Shown: piece after piece, positions 60,675 through 64,000 of the stretch
How the letters are laid out: each line of letters opens with the position of its first letter
Position numbering within the stretch: position 1 is the stretch's first letter
Origin: Mytilus californianus
Lineage: Eukaryota
DNA: 64,000 nucleotides
Direction: 5' to 3'
Assembly: GCF_021869535.1 (NCBI RefSeq)
Contig: NW_026262593.1
Location: 14,260,001 to 14,324,000 of the forward strand
The notes under the pieces: model-generated
Told to the model about the DNA's origin: nothing
The model's input: only the letters and a program-made list of their open reading frames with translations
Database searches by the model: none
Program-made: the position numbers and the translations under genes

Positions 60675-61972
60675 TTAAATTTTCCTTTTAAATGGTTTTA
60701 CCCAACGAAGTACACCACGACACACACATATGTTTTTGTGTACTGCGTGTATGTTTACAAAATAAATGACTAGAAGTCTCGTAGTTGCTTCCCTTTCCCC
60801 ACAGAACTAGACTAAACTTCACGATATATGTCAAGGGTTGACTTAGAAGACGACCATTAGAAATTCTTGAGGATGGGGGCAGGATATTTTGCGGATTGAA
60901 TATTCATTTTCATCGGATGCTATGCGTTGCTATTTGTTCTCGGAGCCAACATTTATTTTCACTTTTGGACACAATAAATTCAGTCCTTCATTTTGAGTTG
61001 TAGATAATTCATTTTCATCCTGTCTTCATCATGATTATATTCATTTCAAAAATCCAATCTCCCATCTCAAGAAAATCAAATGTTCGTCTCCTTATGTAAA
61101 TAAATTCGGTCATCCCATTGACTTCTTGTCCGGCAGTAAAAACCTCGCTGAAGGTTAATGTTGTCTAACTGGCTGGCGGGATGTATAAATACACAGCAAC
61201 ATCCAGTCGGAATATGTCGTATAGAGATAATTCCAAGATCTGTACGTTAAAGAACCATTGAAACAACTCTTTGAGGGGTCCACATATCCAGTGTAGCAAG
61301 GTGAAATTTCTGTCTCCTATCTAACGTACTCTCAATTTCCAATTACAGTCGAAATTCTCGCAATCCATTTCACAGAACCTATATTAATTGCTTTCATTGT
61401 TAATTTGTTTTCTTCCTGAATATGCATGAACTGTTTGCCACTGGACCTCACACAATCAACAAACAACCATCAATCAGTTAAATGTCAACGATAAACATAG
61501 AAGTCGTGCTATTTCCAAAGTAATGATGCAGTTCCAATAATTTACGTATATATCTAGAAATTAATGTCCACAATGGGCGTGCCTGTAAGTTTATTTACAT
61601 GCATCCATCACAACCAAATGACGCATCTCCGCAAGGGAAGCTACAGTGGTTTTGTGGTTCCATAAAGCCCGGGATACTCCAACACATGCTCACGTCTGAA
61701 ATAAGTTACAACGTGACTGTGTATTTATACACCTCCAACCGCCATTCAGACTTGAGTGTGTCAAAGTGATAGGTTAAATAAAATTCTTACAGTATAAAAG
61801 CCGTAGGACTTTGTCACTTAAATGCCAATATCATAATATCTAGTTCTATGATATTTAATAGTAATTTGATTTTTTATGCTCACAGCTTTTTATATAGAAT
61901 GATTTTCTTCCTTCTTTTTTTTTTAAGAAAGCAGATGTCAAAGGGGAAACCAAAATCATAAATAGAAGGTCA

Positions 61973-62100
61973 GACAAACCCATAGCCAAAACCAAGACGA
62001 AAAGACAAACCATAGCCAAAACCAAGACGAAAAGACAAACCCATAGCTAAAACCAAGACGAAAAGACAAACCCATAGCCAAAACCAAGACGAAAATAACA
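61973..62100. repeat. 30-31 bp tandem repeat, 4 copies
   Basis: AAACCCATAGCCAAAACCAAGACGAAAAGAC units. Confidence 0.9.
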
Positions 62101-62429
62101 AACAAAGCAAACACAGAAAATAAATGATGAAAGAAAACGACTCAACCTACTAAACCATGCAAGGATGTGGTGTTCAAAAGTTAAGAAAGGCAAAAGTTCC
62201 CGTGTTTTCGAAAACTGTCGGTCCTGACTACGGAACAGGTACTGTTTTGAGTCCGCTCCTCTTTATCTAAATCACCTTACAAAACATACCAATTGATTTG
62301 TGTTCAATTCTTTGAAACATATTTGCCACAGGACCACGATCTCCTTATGCAAGTTAATCTATATGTTTGATAACGACTTGGATTTATCCAGGTGAAGTTT
62401 GTAATGTTACACTATTGTTTCAGGTAAGA

Positions 62430-62770
62430 GTAAAGGTTGGTACCTATTAAAACGTTTAAACCCGCTGCATTTGTCTGCACCTGTCCTAAGTCAGGAACCT
62501 GATGTTCAGTGGTTGTCGTTTGTTAATTGATGTGGTTCATAAGTGTTTCTCGTTTCTCGTTTTTTTATATAGATTAGACCGTTGGTTTTCCTGTTTGAAA
62601 TGTTTTACATTAGTCATTGTGGGGCCCTTTATATAGCTTACTGTTCGGTGTGAGCCAAGGCTCCGTGTTGAAGGCGGTACTTTGACCTGTAATTTGTTAC
62701 TTTTTACACATTGTGACTTGGATGGAGAGTTGTCTTATTGGCATTCATACCACATCTTCTTATTTCTATG
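62430..62770 (-). repeat. Dispersed repeat copy (GAGACAACTCTC family, reverse)
   Basis: Near-identical to 5765-6012 over the shared part. Confidence 0.8.
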
Positions 62771-62817
62771 TATATATGCAAGAATGTATATGCTTCTTAG
62801 GATATATATTTATGGAT

Positions 62818-62895
62818 TCATATACTTTTGTATTTATTAATCCATATACCTTTGTATTTATTAATCCATATACCTTTGTATTTATTAACCCATAT
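62818..62895. repeat. 24-bp tandem repeat, 3 copies
   Basis: CATATACCTTTGTATTTATTAATC units. Confidence 0.9.
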
Positions 62896-63348
62896 TCAAT
62901 TGCATTTATTTATAAATATATCTTTGGTGTTGGGTTGCTGTCCTATTGGCGTATATCCCACATCTACTCTTATTTATCTGCTTCGTGGATTCTTTAAAGC
63001 TTAAAAGATAAACAATACCCCTTGGAAACCTACACCAAAAATATATTCTTATTATTTTGTTTTATTTTAGTTTAATGTAAAAACGACAAAATTGCCTAGA
63101 GACCGCTCCGACTATATTTTGATTAACATTGGCGATATAGATTTTGCATAGTTCGATGCATGTCTGATGAAGGTATAGAGCATTTGAATCTATCTTGGTC
63201 TTGGCGGAATAGATCCATGACTTTGTCAAACCACACTTTTAAATTGATACATGTCGAGGACTATTACACTGCTTTAGCATTTTGTCCATCGTTTTAATTA
63301 TATCACGACTATAACATAAAGAATTGCATAAATGTATAAATAAACTTT

Positions 63349-64000
63349 TTATGATAATTCAACATCAATAACATCTTTCAATAAAATGTAGTTAGAAACA
63401 GTTTTGGGAAGACCTAATTGATCGATAAATATATGAGGGTAATATCCAATTTGTTTGCGTATGAGAATTCGACATAATTGTTTTAAAGTTCTGGGGGATT
63501 TCCCAATATCAGACAAGTTAAACTGATTAAGGTCATCACATACAATGTCACACCATTTATGTACATCACATCCAGCGGCAAATAAAATTTCTATAAGCCG
63601 CCTTTGTTTTCGTTGACAAGCATGGACGAATGGTGGACAAATTGATCTCGTAACTAGCATATCTTGGTATAAAATATTAATATCACAGTTTGAATAAATA
63701 AGTAAGCACAATATTTTGTAAATCCCAGTGTTTATTGCGTAACCAATAAATGGAATATCAGATGTGTCGCGGAAGTCAGGGTCTATTCTATTTTCTAAAA
63801 ATATACGGAAACACTCAACTACGACTGTGAATGCTGAGAAATATCTTGATGACATACAGAAATGTGCTGCTATTTGTCCTCGTTTTTGGTGTATGGCGTA
63901 CATATCACATCCTGCCACAATTAATCGTTTAATTTCCTCAATTTTGGCTTGGTTAGAGGCTAGGATAAGAGGCGTCTGACCATCGTTATTTCTTGCCTCT
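63349..64000 (-). CDS. Ankyrin repeat and SOCS box protein (ASB-like), copy 2, 5'-partial (runs off the window)
   Basis: EARNNDGQTPLILAS...GCDMYAIHQKRGQIAAHFCM...PRTLKQLCRILIRKQIGYYPHIFIDQLGLPKTVSNYILLKDVIDVELS*; colinear with copy 1. Confidence 0.9.
   Translation of the reverse strand, partial: EARNNDGQTPLILASNQAKIEEIKRLIVAGCDMYAIHQKRGQIAAHFCMSSRYFSAFTVVVECFRIFLENRIDPDFRDTSDIPFIGYAINTGIYKILCLLIYSNCDINILYQDMLVTRSICPPFVHACQRKQRRLIEILFAAGCDVHKWCDIVCDDLNQFNLSDIGKSPRTLKQLCRILIRKQIGYYPHIFIDQLGLPKTVSNYILLKDVIDVELS

Overview
AT-rich, intron-containing animal genomic DNA. The interspersed repeats look like those of a bivalve mollusc, probably Mytilus (my inference, not a database result). I see no prokaryotic features, rRNA, true tRNA or CRISPR. 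Host genes, all on the minus strand and rebuilt by hand from GT-AG exons: (1) a carbonyl reductase (CBR1-like SDR) gene, 5 exons at 9873->1956, running off the left edge; (2) two paralogous 4-exon genes for an unrecognised four-transmembrane protein with a Cys-rich loop, at 23247->15682 and 51221->47654; (3) two tandem ankyrin-repeat/SOCS-box (ASB-like) genes, at 60674->57696 and >64000->63349. The ~24 kb between the two 4-TM paralogs is largely transposon-derived. It holds a solo LTR with a 4-bp TSD, Penelope-like RT fragments, a decayed APE-RT LINE interrupted by a hairpin element, a ~10 kb two-gene CACTA/EnSpm-type element (C2H2-transposase plus a 6-exon accessory gene), a ~170-bp X-box-like array and a Mutator derivative with a 9-bp TSD. 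MITEs, a tRNA-derived SINE, minisatellites and a (TA)n tract are also present.
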